DNA of 60,583 nucleotides from a virus (Duplodnaviria; Caudoviricetes): IMG/VR virus record IMGVR_UViG_3300030451_001154, positions 1 to 60,583 of that record; one strand, 5' to 3'. Shown piece by piece: positions 58,100 to 60,583 of this stretch (position 1 is its first letter; each line of letters starts with the position of its first letter). The notes under the pieces were generated by a model. It saw only the letters and a program-made list of their open reading frames with translations, ran no database searches and was not told where the DNA came from. The position numbers and the translations under genes were made by a program.

Positions 58100-58114
58100 C
58101 AGAAGGAATTAATT

Positions 58115-58402
58115 ATGTTTAAAGTAGGAGTATCACAAGTAGGAAGTGTAAATGTTCACACCTCTGATAAAGGTGGTTTAGATAATGAACAGATAGCTGA
58201 TTTAGCAGTGGATAAAATAGTTAGTATTTCTGATCAAGCACCTCCACACATAAGGCAACAAGCACAACAATTTAGAGATCATCTTAAAAAAGTATTGTAT
58301 CATTACATACTCTTGGCAAGAAAGGAAGAGCGTGGTAGTATAATTCATATCTTAAGATCGAATGGTCACAAAGAAATGGCTGAATATATAAGGAGACTCT
58401 AA
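58115..58402 (+). CDS. Conserved hypothetical protein
   Basis: V.T...G...EQIA......I..S..APP.I..QA..F. Confidence 0.7.
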   Translation: MFKVGVSQVGSVNVHTSDKGGLDNEQIADLAVDKIVSISDQAPPHIRQQAQQFRDHLKKVLYHYILLARKEERGSIIHILRSNGHKEMAEYIRRL

Positions 58403-58403
58403 T

Positions 58404-58859
58404 ATGGCTATAGCACAAGCAATGTGTACTTCCTTCAAGAAAGAGTTACTAGAAGGTGTACACAATTTTAAAAACTCAGGTGGAGATACTTTTAAGTTAG
58501 CTCTATACGCAGAAGGTGGTGGTGGTAAATCATCAACAACTGCAACACTAGGAGCAACCACAACTGCATTTACTACAACTGGTGAAGTTGCAAACAGTGG
58601 TTCATACAGTTCTGGTGGTGGCACTTTAACAAGAGTAGATCCAACTACATCTGGAACAACAGCGTTTACAGACTTTGCTGATTTAAGTTTCACAACTGCA
58701 ACAATCACAGCAATGGGAGCTTTAATTTATAATAGTTCTGATAGTAACAAAGCTGTTTGTGTATTAGATTTTACATCTAATAAATCATCTACATCTGGAA
58801 CATTTACAATACAATTTCCAACTGCTGACGCTTCCAACGCTATTATTCGTATAGCATAA
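58404..58859 (+). CDS. Virion structural protein
   Basis: CTSFK.ELL...FKLALY...GALIYN...FTIQFP family. Confidence 0.7.
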   Translation: MAIAQAMCTSFKKELLEGVHNFKNSGGDTFKLALYAEGGGGKSSTTATLGATTTAFTTTGEVANSGSYSSGGGTLTRVDPTTSGTTAFTDFADLSFTTATITAMGALIYNSSDSNKAVCVLDFTSNKSSTSGTFTIQFPTADASNAIIRIA

Positions 58860-58869
58860 GGAGTCCTCA

Positions 58870-60111
58870 ATGGCGAACATCGCTTGGGGTGAACAAGGTT
58901 GGGGTCAAAACAAGTGGGGTGGTCAACTAGACGTTAGCTTTAGCGTTACTGGTTTTGAAGCCACCACATCACTTGGCAACGAAGAAATTTTTATTGCTAA
59001 TGTTGCTGAGCCTACTGGAGTATCTGCTACTACAACTTTAGATTTTGATCCTACAACAGATTTAGTTATACCAGTTACTTTTTCTGTCACTGGAGTATCT
59101 GCCACTGCTGGATTTTTATCTGGTTGGGGTAGTTCTGCTTGGGATGCTGGAGTATGGGGTGGTGGTGTTTTTGCCGATGTAGGTCAAATACTTCCAATGA
59201 CTGGTGTTGAAGCCACTGGTCAATCTAATAATCCAACCGTTACTGGTACAACATCTTTTGCCGTCACTGGTGTACAAGGTTCTGGTGAACTTGGAGACGA
59301 AGGCACTGTCCCACAAAACTTAGTTGCAGTAACACAATCTGCAATGACTGGATCTGTTGGTAACACGGTAGAAACTGGAACTGGAACTTTTAGTCTAACT
59401 GGTAATTCTGCTGAAACTCTAATTGCAGGAACATCATCTTCTACAATAACTTTTACTGTGACCGTTGTTAGTGGTAATCCTTCAAACCATCCTTATTACA
59501 ATCAAGGATCAACAAATAAGTACGCTATTAATGGATCGACTGCTACCAGTGATGTTACTTTAACCATGTATGAAGGTAACACTTATAGATTTGATCAAAG
59601 TGATAGTAGTAATGATGGTCATCCAATTAATTTTTATGAGACTGCGGATAAAAACACTGCTTATAGCAGTGGTGTTACTTTTAACATAGATGGTTCCACT
59701 GTTTCACGAGATCAGTATGTAGACAGTAGCACTTTTAACGCAGGCACAACGAGATATATAGAAATAACTGTCCCAGCTGGAGCACCAACATTGTATTATC
59801 AATGTTATAACCACGCTCTGATGGGATATTTTGGAACCACTCCTTTTTCTGTATTAATAGTAACGACAACTGGAGCACCAACTACTGGTGTTGTAGGAAC
59901 AACTGCTCTAGGAGATGAAACAGTTATAGGAACTGCTGATGTTGCAGTCACTCTAGCTGGTCTTAGTATTAGTGTAGGCACACTTGCCTTAACTGGTACT
60001 TCTGTGGTATCTTTAACTGGAGTTAATGCAACTGGTTCGACTGGTGAAGAACAAGTTTATAGTTTAATTAAACCCACGCAAGTGGCTAACTGGATAGAGA
60101 AGGCAGCATAA
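58870..60111 (+). CDS. Tail/virion protein with TGVS repeats and inserted cupredoxin-like domain
   Basis: WG...WG motifs, (V/L)TGV repeats; GHP...YYQCYNHALMG. Confidence 0.7.
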   Translation: MANIAWGEQGWGQNKWGGQLDVSFSVTGFEATTSLGNEEIFIANVAEPTGVSATTTLDFDPTTDLVIPVTFSVTGVSATAGFLSGWGSSAWDAGVWGGGVFADVGQILPMTGVEATGQSNNPTVTGTTSFAVTGVQGSGELGDEGTVPQNLVAVTQSAMTGSVGNTVETGTGTFSLTGNSAETLIAGTSSSTITFTVTVVSGNPSNHPYYNQGSTNKYAINGSTATSDVTLTMYEGNTYRFDQSDSSNDGHPINFYETADKNTAYSSGVTFNIDGSTVSRDQYVDSSTFNAGTTRYIEITVPAGAPTLYYQCYNHALMGYFGTTPFSVLIVTTTGAPTTGVVGTTALGDETVIGTADVAVTLAGLSISVGTLALTGTSVVSLTGVNATGSTGEEQVYSLIKPTQVANWIEKAA

Positions 60112-60583
60112 TGGCAACATATGTTAACAATTTAAGATTAAAAGAAATAGCAACTGGTGATGAATCAGGAACATGGGGTACTTCAACCAATACAAATCTT
60201 GAATTAATTGGTGAAGCACTAGGTTTTGGTACGGAAGCCATAACCACAAATGCTGATACACATACTACGACTGTAGCAGATGGATCGGCAGATGAGGGCA
60301 GAGCCATGTATATTAAATATACTGGTACATTAGATTCTGCATGTACAATAACTATAGGTCCAAATACTTTAAAAAGAGTCCACATGATTGAGAACGCTAC
60401 AAGTGGATCACAAAATATAATTATATCACAAGGCTCTGGTGCAAATGTAACCATAGGTCCAGGCGATACAAAAGTCGTTTACCTTGATGGTGCAGGTTCT
60501 GGTGCAGCTGTTGTAGATGCTTTTGTGGATTTAGATTTATCTGGTGGTTCTGTAAATGTGAGCACAGTCAAAACTAATTCTGG
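60111..60583 (+). CDS. Tail fibre, N-terminal part (continues at position 232 after circularisation)
   Basis: MATYVNNLRLKEIATGDESGTWGTSTNTNLELI; open to window end. Confidence 0.88.
   Translation, partial: MATYVNNLRLKEIATGDESGTWGTSTNTNLELIGEALGFGTEAITTNADTHTTTVADGSADEGRAMYIKYTGTLDSACTITIGPNTLKRVHMIENATSGSQNIIISQGSGANVTIGPGDTKVVYLDGAGSGAAVVDAFVDLDLSGGSVNVSTVKTNS

Noticed and set aside
60353-60583. Direct terminal repeat as the physical genome end
   Set aside because: It falls mid-gene, has only synonymous mismatches and a 77-nt exact tail, which fits an assembly closure better.
1-60583. tRNA genes, integrase, reverse transcriptase/DGR, introns or inteins
   Set aside because: None recognisable by eye; PolA, TerL and the helicases are uninterrupted. 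A tRNA scan was not run.

Overview
The window is an essentially complete, circularly permuted genome of an AT-rich tailed dsDNA phage (unit length about 60,352 bp; bases 60353-60583 repeat bases 1-231). Gene content and order resemble marine podoviruses of the vSAG 37-F6 / HTVC023P pelagiphage type. That assignment comes from protein recognition, not a search, and the host is uncertain. The + strand carries packaging and structure genes (TerL, portal, GroES, scaffold, capsid, tail, S74-chaperone fibre, ejection proteins, M15 endolysin). The - strand block (18.4-33.2 kb) carries PolA, two helicases, an AEP primase, SSB, nucleases and a C5 methyltransferase. No integrase, tRNA or CRISPR was seen. 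The strongest candidate system is a C5 methyltransferase split between two overlapping reading frames. The nested subunit has its own SD, a clamp-binding-like N-terminus, three tandem target-recognition modules and motif IX. It is matched by a genome-wide footprint (manual count): GCGC absent, GGCC only as GGCCC/GGGCC, CCGG only as CCCGG/CCGGG, and CGCG only as CCGCG/CGCGG. Other notable signals are ten 2OG-Fe(II) oxygenases (seven in tandem behind a Gly-rich adhesin) and four related long hairpins about 570-630 bp apart that partition promoter-ORF cassettes. There is also a five-box TGTCAA-N4-TTGACA array, anti-SD hairpin RNAs around an unannotated RHH regulator, a recurrent x-x-x-GG peptide tag in virion-associated proteins, and a blue-copper motif in a tail protein.
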